Of a stretch of 64,000 bases of DNA, positions 40,862-48,958 are shown piece by piece. The position numbers and the translations under genes are program-made. This DNA is from Gammaproteobacteria bacterium (lineage in GTDB: Bacteria; Pseudomonadota; Gammaproteobacteria; Ga0077536). The stretch is taken from assembly GCA_965216305.1 (NCBI GenBank), contig OZ244144.1, positions 2,036,248 to 2,100,247 on the forward strand, read 5' to 3'. The first letter of the stretch is position 1. Each line of letters starts with the position of its first letter. Under the pieces are notes generated by a model. It searched no databases. It was not told the origin of the DNA and was given only the letters and a program-made list of their open reading frames with translations.

Positions 40862-42244
40862 TTGAAGGCGACTGTACAAATGCGCATTGACTATCACCAA
40901 ATCTCAAGGAACTTGAGTCTTATCTGCTGGGCAGGGTGGTCGCTGTATTCAATTTATTTACTATCTGCCGCAAATTCGAGATCCGACTTATTTTTGACCT
41001 ACTTGCTTTATCTGATGTTGAGCGGGTTCATGGTGTGGATTTCTAGGAAGGATCTGCTTTCCCCCATAGGATTGTTTACGCTAGCCGGGTTCATGGCGTT
41101 CGGATCTAACATTCCCTTCATAAATGCCGATAGTTATTTCGGATTTGGCATCAGCGAGAAAACCCTTACTAAAGTACTTGTTCTATTTTTAGTAGCGTAC
41201 AGTGCGTTCATATTGGGTACGGTTAGCCGGGTAAATCGCATTTTTCCATTCAAGCGCTTGATTGGGTCAGATCATGGCAGCTTGTCTGCCTCGATTCCCA
41301 TTTATGGTCTCTTGCTAGGAATGGTTTTGGTGGCGGGCTTCATCAGGGCTAAATATCACCTTGGCGAGGCAGGTATTCAGCCAGCCATCAGGTATGCCGG
41401 TTATTTTCAGTACTTACTCTATGATGGCTTGTTAGTATTTTGCGGGTGGTTTCTGGCCTCATCCATTAGGCGCGGAACGGTTTTTATCCTTCTTGCTTTA
41501 TCGCTTCTTGTTAGCTTGGCGATTGTGCAAGCGTATCTCGGTTGGCGAGGAGGGATCTTCCAAGTATTTATATTGGCAGTAGGTATATTTTGGTATCAAA
41601 GCTCCAACAGCCGGACCGTCTCGAGCGCTTCTATGAATTGGGTGCTGATATTAGTCGTGCTCGCAGGAACAATTACAAACTTGGGTAATCAGGTGAGGTC
41701 TGAGCGCTTGGGCGGGCAGCGTACGTTTGCGGAGAATAGGGTTGAGTTCGCCGAGAAGGTCGTAGTGAGGACGCAAGGAACCTCTCGGTTGGCCGCGGTT
41801 GTGAATCATTTCGGAGATTTGACGTGGGTGAACAATTACAAAATTGTTGAACTCTACAAGTCCGGTACCACGTCAACTGTTTACGTTGATAGAGCTATTC
41901 ATGGCGTCGGTAAGAACCAGTCTCACAGTGTCGGTGCGTCAGGACCTGGAGGGCCCTATGTGGCACTTGGGATGCTTGGGATTTTCGGCGCGTACTACTT
42001 CCTCGGCGTGTTTTATCGGGGTTGTTACGAGACGATATTGGCATCGCGTAATAAGGTGTTCGCCACAGTTCTTTACTCCTATTTAATGTACGTTCTGTTC
42101 CAGCTGTTGTCTGGAAATTTTGGCTTGAATTCTGTTAAAAAAATTGGTGCGGTACTCGCACTCACCGTCGTCCTCAAACTGATTGTGAGTCGGCTCGGGG
42201 TTAGCGACGCACCGCAATCCCTGAGGTTGTTCAGAAAGCCATGA
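40862..42244 (+). CDS. Wzy-like polysaccharide polymerase (O-antigen ligase/polymerase-type membrane protein).
   Basis: 460 aa polytopic membrane protein with a large hydrophilic loop (residues ~270-340) between TM blocks. Low sequence conservation is expected for Wzy. Confidence 0.5.
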   Translation: MKATVQMRIDYHQISRNLSLICWAGWSLYSIYLLSAANSRSDLFLTYLLYLMLSGFMVWISRKDLLSPIGLFTLAGFMAFGSNIPFINADSYFGFGISEKTLTKVLVLFLVAYSAFILGTVSRVNRIFPFKRLIGSDHGSLSASIPIYGLLLGMVLVAGFIRAKYHLGEAGIQPAIRYAGYFQYLLYDGLLVFCGWFLASSIRRGTVFILLALSLLVSLAIVQAYLGWRGGIFQVFILAVGIFWYQSSNSRTVSSASMNWVLILVVLAGTITNLGNQVRSERLGGQRTFAENRVEFAEKVVVRTQGTSRLAAVVNHFGDLTWVNNYKIVELYKSGTTSTVYVDRAIHGVGKNQSHSVGASGPGGPYVALGMLGIFGAYYFLGVFYRGCYETILASRNKVFATVLYSYLMYVLFQLLSGNFGLNSVKKIGAVLALTVVLKLIVSRLGVSDAPQSLRLFRKP

Positions 42245-42298
42245 ACCGGATCACTCAAGCAAATACCAAAGCCGAATTCCCTTCTTTTGGCTAGCACA

Positions 42299-42826
42299 AT
42301 GCGTAAATTGATATTTAGAGCTCGGCGCTTGTGGAAGATTCGCAATAACAGCTACCCGTCGTACGTACCAGCAACATCGTTTGTGCAAACGTCGTCATCG
42401 TTTGTCGAACCGGCAAAACTGTCCTTAGGCGAGCACGTTTACATTGGCGCCGAATGTTTTATTAATTGCAAAGGTGGCGTCGCAATTGGTGACGGTTGCA
42501 TGGTATCGGCGTACGTCGTGATCCTTTCTGAGGATCATGATTTTCGTGAGGTGGTCCGCATGCCCTTCAACCGCGGTATGCGGTTTGATCCTGTAACGAT
42601 CGAAGCTGGTGTCTGGCTTGGGATTCGATCGATGATTCTGCCTGGAACTATTATCGGGCAAGGTGCAATCGTCGCCGCAGGTTCGGTGGTAACAAAGAAC
42701 GTAGAGCAGGGCACCATCGTTGCAGGAAATCCCGCGAGGGTCGTAGGCAAGCGGATCGATGGCTGGCGTTCAGTCCTCGATGCCAAACAGTACTACCTCG
42801 CCGGGCATGCGTTAATTGGCGGATAG
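42299..42826 (+). CDS. Hexapeptide-repeat (left-handed beta-helix) acyl/acetyltransferase, probable polysaccharide O-acetyltransferase.
   Basis: LbH repeats (IGAECFINCKGGVAIGDGCMVSAYVVI...VWLGIRSMILPGTIIGQGAIVAAGSVV). Trimmed to ATG 42299. Similar to the WcaF/maltose-O-acetyltransferase type. Confidence 0.8.
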   Translation: MRKLIFRARRLWKIRNNSYPSYVPATSFVQTSSSFVEPAKLSLGEHVYIGAECFINCKGGVAIGDGCMVSAYVVILSEDHDFREVVRMPFNRGMRFDPVTIEAGVWLGIRSMILPGTIIGQGAIVAAGSVVTKNVEQGTIVAGNPARVVGKRIDGWRSVLDAKQYYLAGHALIGG

Positions 42827-42862
42827 CCGTATAGCCCGCAGATAGACCGGATGAATTGAGAA

Positions 42863-43825
42863 GTGGAGAAAGGACCGATATTTGTCGTTGGGCCGCCTCG
42901 TAGCGGCACGCACCTGATGCGTTATTGCTTGAGTCAGCATCCAAATGTCTATATTGGCCCAGAGTCTAACTTTTTCCAGGCGATCTATGGCAGCCGCACC
43001 GTCGTCCCAGATTCTCTAATTAAATCAAACAGCGGATTGATTCTGGAGATGCTGTTCGCCAGCGGCGACCCAAGCATGTCTGAATTTGAACCGAACAAAG
43101 ATGCGATCGAGAAATCGATCAAGATGCAGGCCAATAATTATCGAGAACTCTCCCGGATAATTTTTAGTAGTTTCGCAATTTACAAGCAGAAGCCACGATG
43201 GGGCGAGAAAACGCCGCTGCATCTATATTATCTGGATAAGCTGTTCGATTACTTCCCGAACGCAAGAGTCATTTGTATGCGGCGTGATCCGAAAAACATA
43301 ATCGCGTCCTACATAAAAAGTAGTCACATGCCTAATAGATTGTCATTCGCTATGGCTGAAGTCAGGCATTGCTGGAAAATTATGCAGCGTATTACTGACA
43401 AAAGATTACAAATCGTCGAGTACGAAGATCTGCTGGCAAACCCGTCCGCTACATTGCGAATGGTTTGTGATTTTTTGGATGAGGAATTTAAGGAGGCCAT
43501 GCTCAACCCAAAAATGCGGGATTCTTCATACAGTGGCGGGATCATGGAGTTCGACGAATCGATAAAAATCGAACAGGAACCCGGTGCAAACGAGAAATGG
43601 AAACGCGTATTGAGCGAAGAAGAGGCTCGCAGCGTCATGACATGGGTGAACGTGGGCGCGATATCGCTGTTTTCTCCCGAAGTTAGTTGGCTGCTAATTG
43701 GGCGCGCGATTATTGCGTCGTGGGTCTATCGTATGCGATTAATGAAGTCAAGAATGGGGCTTTTCCACTGGAAGCGCGTCGTGCAAGTAAGTCGGCGGCG
43801 CGCCGACTATCCGCAAGCGGATTAG
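42863..43825 (+). CDS. Sulfotransferase family protein (PAPS-dependent).
   Basis: 5'-PSB loop VVGPPRSGTHLM and 3'-PB motif RDPKNIIASY. About 320 aa, typical of the Sulfotransfer_3-like family. Hydrophobic C-terminal tail. Confidence 0.75.
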   Translation: MEKGPIFVVGPPRSGTHLMRYCLSQHPNVYIGPESNFFQAIYGSRTVVPDSLIKSNSGLILEMLFASGDPSMSEFEPNKDAIEKSIKMQANNYRELSRIIFSSFAIYKQKPRWGEKTPLHLYYLDKLFDYFPNARVICMRRDPKNIIASYIKSSHMPNRLSFAMAEVRHCWKIMQRITDKRLQIVEYEDLLANPSATLRMVCDFLDEEFKEAMLNPKMRDSSYSGGIMEFDESIKIEQEPGANEKWKRVLSEEEARSVMTWVNVGAISLFSPEVSWLLIGRAIIASWVYRMRLMKSRMGLFHWKRVVQVSRRRADYPQAD

Positions 43826-43858
43826 CAACCCCAGCACGATGAGGTGTAATTAACACAA

Positions 43859-45106
43859 GTGAATATCTTATTCGTTGTGAACGAGGTGCCCTATCCGCCG
43901 GATAACGGTGTAAAGATCGTCTCCTATAACGCCATGCGAATGATGAGCGAAGCTGGGCACAACGTTAGTATTTGTGTTCTGTGCGAAAAGAGCCCTTCAT
44001 CGATTTCGGATTACGAATCGCTGTGTTCGGAGTTTGGAATCGAAAACAGGTGTATCGAATTCACCGACGAAAGTAAGAAACTGAGAAATATCGTGCGTAC
44101 CGCGTTATGCGGCAAGCTATATTTCATTGAGCGGTTCCGATCACTGTCGTTTCGGGTTGCGCTGGAGGTCTTGGTTGCGAAGTTTGAACCCGATGTTATT
44201 CATTTTGATCTGATCACCTTGTGTCAATACTATGATGTAGCCCCGCTCGGCATCGGAACTGTTGCGTCAATAAACGATTGCTATTCGCTCAAACTTGAGA
44301 ACTCGCTGGCTGCCGGGAATTACTCCGGAGTTGAAGTGCCGTATCGAGTTTGGCAACTTCGGCGGTCCAGAAAGTACGAATCGCAGATGTATCCAAATTT
44401 CGACTTCGTTCATGTGATGAGCGAAGTCGACAGCGGGTACCTCGAAAAGCTAAACCCGAAGATCGAAACGAGAGTTATTCCGAATGGTGTCAGTGCCGAG
44501 TTGTTCAATTTGCCACAGGTGAATAGCGCAAATGTCACAGTACTATTCATTGCTCATCTGGCTGGTGATAATTTGGTGTACTTGGCGAACCTTCTAGACA
44601 AATGTTGGCCGGTTGTCGCTCGTGAATTTCCCCAAAGCGTGTTGCGAATCGTAGGCAAGATTCCAGAGTCTTCACGTCCGCTACAAACGAAATACGAAAA
44701 CGTTGAGGGTGTGCGATTCGCTGGCTACGCCGAGAATCTTGTGGACGCCTACGAAGGATGTGATATCGCAGTTGTTCCCATTAATAAGAGCGGCGGCATT
44801 CTGAATAAGGCTATTGAGGCCATGGCGGCAGGCCTTGCGGTCGTTGGCTTCGACAAATCCTTCGCCGGAATCGCCGGTGCGCGTAGTGGACAACATTACC
44901 TAACCGCTAAAGATTATGAGGGAATAGGAGAGGTCTTGATTGCACTGATTCGAGACCAGAATCGTCGGGACGAGATACGAGCGCAGGCGCGTAAATTTGC
45001 TCGCGATAATTTTTCCTGGAACCAGCGTGTTGAGGCTTACGAGTCGATGTATTGGCAAGCTGCACGACTGTCGATCGAGAAGCGCAGCGGACATGGATCA
45101 ACGTAG
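43859..45106 (+). CDS. Glycosyltransferase family 4 (GT-B, Glycos_transf_1).
   Basis: C-terminal GT4 signature (…EGCDIAVVPINKSGGILNKAIEAMAAGLAVVG…). GTG start. Confidence 0.8.
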   Translation: MNILFVVNEVPYPPDNGVKIVSYNAMRMMSEAGHNVSICVLCEKSPSSISDYESLCSEFGIENRCIEFTDESKKLRNIVRTALCGKLYFIERFRSLSFRVALEVLVAKFEPDVIHFDLITLCQYYDVAPLGIGTVASINDCYSLKLENSLAAGNYSGVEVPYRVWQLRRSRKYESQMYPNFDFVHVMSEVDSGYLEKLNPKIETRVIPNGVSAELFNLPQVNSANVTVLFIAHLAGDNLVYLANLLDKCWPVVAREFPQSVLRIVGKIPESSRPLQTKYENVEGVRFAGYAENLVDAYEGCDIAVVPINKSGGILNKAIEAMAAGLAVVGFDKSFAGIAGARSGQHYLTAKDYEGIGEVLIALIRDQNRRDEIRAQARKFARDNFSWNQRVEAYESMYWQAARLSIEKRSGHGST

Positions 45107-45896
45107 TCAATTTCGAATTCACCTTGAAGCCGCTAAGCGGTTATTCATGGTCAATGCCCTTTCTGGTGTACTACCGCTTTACATCGTTACGGAATATCCG
45201 AAATCTGGCGGAACCTGGATATCTCAGGTTCTTTCGGAATGTTTGGGTATCCCCTTTCCTCGAAACAGGCCACCAAAACTTGAATCCTGCCTAATGCACG
45301 GCCACATGACTTTTTCGCCACTTATGAAAAACGTTGTCGTTGTACAACGCGACGGCAGAGACGTGATGATATCGTGGTATTACCATATGTTGTTTCAGCA
45401 TGATCGAAATACGCAACATCTCGTAGAAAAGACGAGGCAACGCCTAGCATTCCCTGATTTTGAGGATATTGAGGAGAACTTACCGAAGTTTATTGAGTAT
45501 GTTTTCGAGTCGGAGCAGCGATCTCGAAGTCCATTTCATTTCACGTGGAGCCAGTTCGTTGACAGCTGGCACGACAAAGATGTCCCGAAAGTAAGTTATG
45601 AGGAAATGATTGAGGGGCCTGTCCGTGCTGTACAGAACGTGATAGGGCGACTGGGGGTAGATGAAGTTGACGCCGAAACCGTAGCGACGATAGTTGATAA
45701 GTATAGCTTTCAGGCGCAATCACAGCGTGCGCCAGGTCAGGAGGATAAATCTAGTTTTCTCCGGCGTGGAAAGCCCGGTGATTGGAAGAACAAGTTTAAC
45801 CGACGTGCGGCAGAAGTTTTCGATCAACTGGCAGGAACTCAATTGGTCCAACTTGGGTACGAGCCAGATACAAGTTGGGTTAGGAAGCTCCTGTGA
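45093..45896 (+). CDS. Sulfotransferase (Sulfotransfer_1-like, PAPS-dependent).
   Basis: Trimmed to ATG 45093, which overlaps the GT4 end by 14 nt. 5'-PSB motif EYPKSGGTWISQVL. C-terminal RRGKPGDWKNKF matches the canonical RKGxxGDWKNxF sulfotransferase motif. Confidence 0.8.
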   Translation: MDQRSQFRIHLEAAKRLFMVNALSGVLPLYIVTEYPKSGGTWISQVLSECLGIPFPRNRPPKLESCLMHGHMTFSPLMKNVVVVQRDGRDVMISWYYHMLFQHDRNTQHLVEKTRQRLAFPDFEDIEENLPKFIEYVFESEQRSRSPFHFTWSQFVDSWHDKDVPKVSYEEMIEGPVRAVQNVIGRLGVDEVDAETVATIVDKYSFQAQSQRAPGQEDKSSFLRRGKPGDWKNKFNRRAAEVFDQLAGTQLVQLGYEPDTSWVRKLL

Positions 45897-47059
45897 CGTC
45901 TGACGCGAACGGGTACGATTTCTTGCTTAATGGCGCGTCGATAGTCGTCGGTGGCGGCATTCAATCGTGCTCTGCATTCGTTAGATATTTGATCGCCCGC
46001 GGGATTAGTGAACGCTGCTTCTTCGTCGTTTCGGATGAAATACATCAGGAACTATTGAAGTTTGGTGTGGATATTGCCTCGATGGGCGGGGTAGTTACGA
46101 TTGATGCGCCCTCGAAGCATCTCGCGACGAGACGTTTGCTCGCGGACGTAGAGCGAAAGTGTAAACCTGCGGTGGTGTTCACGTTCTTCGGTCCGTCTTA
46201 TGTCAAGTTTCGAGCTAAGCATATATGCGGTGTGGCTGACGGGTGGGTGACGCACTCCACTCCTTTGGCGTTTAAAACACTCCGAGGTTGGTCAGCGAAA
46301 TTGCGTATGCTTGCCGCGCTAATCTACAAAGCATTCCATTTTCGAAGAGCGGACTACTGGATAGTAGAGCACGACTGTGCGAAGCAAGGCCTTATCCGTC
46401 GGCTGAGGCTGGCGCCTGGTAAAATATCGGTCGTGCCAAATAATTGTGCACCCCATTACGTCGCCTCGACTGAACGGACTGTGCTCTTGGAGGAAACAGC
46501 CAAGTGCCGAATTCTGGTATTCGGGGCTTACTATCCGAATAAGCGGTTAGAAATCATTCCCCTGGTTGCAAAGGCCTTAAGATCGCTCGATCAAGAATTC
46601 TCGTTTGAATTCATCATCACTGTTAAACCTGGTCTGCCTATTTGCGATGAACTTGCTACGAGCTTGAAAAGGATCGGACTGAATCACAGCTTCAAAAATA
46701 TCGGACCGATTCCATTACGAGACGGGCCGGCGCTATACAGGTCGTGCGACGTCGTGTTTCACCCTTCGGTATTGGAAACGTTTTCGGCGGTATACCCGGA
46801 AGCAATGGCGATGGCTGTACCGATCGTTACCAGTGATCTAGATTTCGCTCGATCGATTTGCGGAGAAGGGGCACTTTATTTCAATCCAAACGATCCTGGC
46901 GATGCGGCAAAGAAGATTCACGAAGTTCACACAAATGTGAATGCTCGAAAGCGACTAATCGAGCGAGCGAGAAAGCGCCAATCTGATATGCCTACCATTG
47001 ATCAGAACCACAAGTCACTCGTAGACATCATTAGCGGTATCGTGGACCGTCACTCCTAA
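45893..47059 (+). CDS. Glycosyltransferase family 4.
   Basis: 388 aa. GT4 E-x7-E region (ETFSAVYPEAMAMAVPIVTSD). Overlaps neighbours by 4 and 1 nt, suggesting translational coupling. Confidence 0.75.
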   Translation: MTSDANGYDFLLNGASIVVGGGIQSCSAFVRYLIARGISERCFFVVSDEIHQELLKFGVDIASMGGVVTIDAPSKHLATRRLLADVERKCKPAVVFTFFGPSYVKFRAKHICGVADGWVTHSTPLAFKTLRGWSAKLRMLAALIYKAFHFRRADYWIVEHDCAKQGLIRRLRLAPGKISVVPNNCAPHYVASTERTVLLEETAKCRILVFGAYYPNKRLEIIPLVAKALRSLDQEFSFEFIITVKPGLPICDELATSLKRIGLNHSFKNIGPIPLRDGPALYRSCDVVFHPSVLETFSAVYPEAMAMAVPIVTSDLDFARSICGEGALYFNPNDPGDAAKKIHEVHTNVNARKRLIERARKRQSDMPTIDQNHKSLVDIISGIVDRHS

Positions 47060-48621
47060 TGAATACGCAAGATCTGCCAAACGTTCCCTTACCGGGCATT
47101 GATTATTACCGTGGCCAAGGTGATTTACGGATTAAGGTTGCCGTTTTTCTCAATGTATCGCGAATTGAAGGTCTATATTTCGAACGCGAGAAAAGTCTTA
47201 GGCTACTCTGGAACTATTGGCGCGAAATTGGCTTTAAGGCAGTTCTGACGAAGATCCGTTCGAGACACGCGGAGCGAGCGCGGAATGTCAAGTTTCTTTC
47301 GGTGGGAGTCGGCTACGTCGAGGAAGCGGATAGTGGCAGTCAGTTCGCGCGTGAACTGGTGATGTTCGTAGCACCTCAGCACCCGCGGTTATTGGATTCG
47401 ATTGTATTGTGCGAGGCGTTGGTGCATCGCATTACAAACGATCACGATCTCCCAGAAAAAGCCGGTGTGCTGATTCACGACGAGATTGATTCGAGTGTGT
47501 CGTCTGCGCTGGAACCTTTGTGTGGTTGGGACAAAATTTCCCAAACGCCGATTCCAGCCATCGATTGGTCGTTGATTTCGCGAATGTTACATGACCACAA
47601 TTATTCGGCCGCAAAAAGATATCGGAATAACGCTCGGGATTACCACGATATCTTACCCGCCAGCTTCCAACGGAAGACTTCGGGGAATGTAAAATACGCG
47701 ACTCTGTTCGGGTACGGAAATTACGCGAAGTCCGTTATTCTCGCAAACCTGCCTGACAGCTTAGTAGTGACACGCATACACGAACTGGATCCGATTCAGA
47801 TACCTCACCGGGAACGGCATGTAACATGGGATACGAGTCCAGGCCCGCGCACTAATGACGCTAATCGCGTATTTTTTACTGCCGGTTACCATCACACGCA
47901 CACGGATCAGGCGGTTATCTGCTTACGCTCGGGAGGCGACGCAGTAATCGAGAAACCGCTTGTGGTCAATGAACAGCAACTCTCCGACCTACTAGATGGC
48001 TTGCAGGCGTCCCGGGGACGCGCATTTGCGTGCTTCCAAAAGCGTTACAGTATATTTAACCAGCACGCGCGAGAGGATTTGGAGGTAGCCGAGGGCGAGC
48101 CGGTTTCGTACCACTGTATTGTTTACGAAGTTCCATTGCCGCCGTTGCACTGGTATCGGTGGCCCTCTTCGAGATCCAGACTCATATCCAATGGCTGCCA
48201 TTGGATTGATCACGCGCTGTATCTAAATGGATTCCCCGCGTTCGAAACCATTAGTGTTTTTCAGAGTTCTTCCTCAGAGATAAATGTGTCTGTTGAGTTT
48301 TCTAATGGAGCGTTCTTTACGATGATTCTTACAGACAAAGGGAGTTCGCGGATTGGTATGCAGGACTATGTTGAATTAAGGGCGAACGGAAAGACAGTCA
48401 AAATTGCGAATAGCACTAGCTATCAGAGCGAAAGCTCTGATCGAATTATCAGGAAATGTCGTGCTAATAAAATGAAAAGTTACGCAAATATGTATCGAAC
48501 GATTGGCCAAAGAATTTTAGGCGATGGCCCAGGAGACTCGCTTGAATCCGTCGTTAGTAGTTGCAAACTGACCGTTGAGTTGGATAAAAAAGCCGGCGGG
48601 ACTCAAGGGGTGCCCTCGTGA
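47059..48621 (+). CDS. Two-domain protein: uncharacterized N-terminal domain (~200 aa) fused to a Gfo/Idh/MocA-family NAD(P)-dependent oxidoreductase.
   Basis: C-terminal half has Rossmann GxGxxA (LFGYGNYAKS), the EKP motif (AVIEKPL) and a GCHWIDHALYL-type C-terminal-domain motif of the Gfo/Idh/MocA family. N-terminal 200 aa has no motif I recognise. Confidence 0.65.
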   Translation: MNTQDLPNVPLPGIDYYRGQGDLRIKVAVFLNVSRIEGLYFEREKSLRLLWNYWREIGFKAVLTKIRSRHAERARNVKFLSVGVGYVEEADSGSQFARELVMFVAPQHPRLLDSIVLCEALVHRITNDHDLPEKAGVLIHDEIDSSVSSALEPLCGWDKISQTPIPAIDWSLISRMLHDHNYSAAKRYRNNARDYHDILPASFQRKTSGNVKYATLFGYGNYAKSVILANLPDSLVVTRIHELDPIQIPHRERHVTWDTSPGPRTNDANRVFFTAGYHHTHTDQAVICLRSGGDAVIEKPLVVNEQQLSDLLDGLQASRGRAFACFQKRYSIFNQHAREDLEVAEGEPVSYHCIVYEVPLPPLHWYRWPSSRSRLISNGCHWIDHALYLNGFPAFETISVFQSSSSEINVSVEFSNGAFFTMILTDKGSSRIGMQDYVELRANGKTVKIANSTSYQSESSDRIIRKCRANKMKSYANMYRTIGQRILGDGPGDSLESVVSSCKLTVELDKKAGGTQGVPS

Positions 48622-48624
48622 AAA

Positions 48625-48866
48625 AACTCTTAACGGTCTACGCACTGGGACCACGATCGTTGAGTATTTACCGCCGCTAATGCCGTTGCTCGGGCAATTA
48701 TAAAGTCGCATGAGCGTTACGGTTATCTCTGCGGGGTCGAAGCGAATGTTAATGGGTTTTGGGAAAGGCAACCGTATCGCAAAAGCACGGCAACAACCCG
48801 ACAAGGGGAGGCAGGTGATAACAAAGCTGCGCACCGACGGTATTGTTCCCGCGGTCGATCTGGTTC
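48625..48866 (+). pseudogene. Decayed duplicate of the first ~80 codons of the downstream bi-domain oxidoreductase gene (gene remnant / recombination scar).
   Basis: Translating 48625-48866 gives K T L N G L R T G T T I V E Y L P P L M P L L G Q L * S R M S V T V I S A G S K R M L M G F G K G N R I A K A R Q Q P D K G R Q V I T K L R T D G I V P A V D L V R F G *. This aligns colinearly with MKQVLQDLSSGQTIVEDVPEPMPAPGALLIRTSRTLISAGTEKMLIDFGKGNLISKAMQQPDKVKQVLDKVRTDGLGPTLQTVRSKLG of the gene starting at 48959. The remnant has internal stop codons. Confidence 0.75.
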
Positions 48867-48958
48867 GGTTCGGCTAAGGTGCCCTTGCACGTAAACCGAT
48901 TGCTCGGACTGGCGGGTCCGATTTTCGCTATTCTAATTGAACCGTAAGATTTTCATAA

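Noticed and set aside
31492-48621. Genomic island with mobile-element boundaries, suggested by the GC drop.
   Set aside because: No integrase, transposase, tRNA or flanking direct or inverted repeats were found. The only junction signature is the gene-remnant duplication, which points to homologous replacement rather than site-specific insertion.
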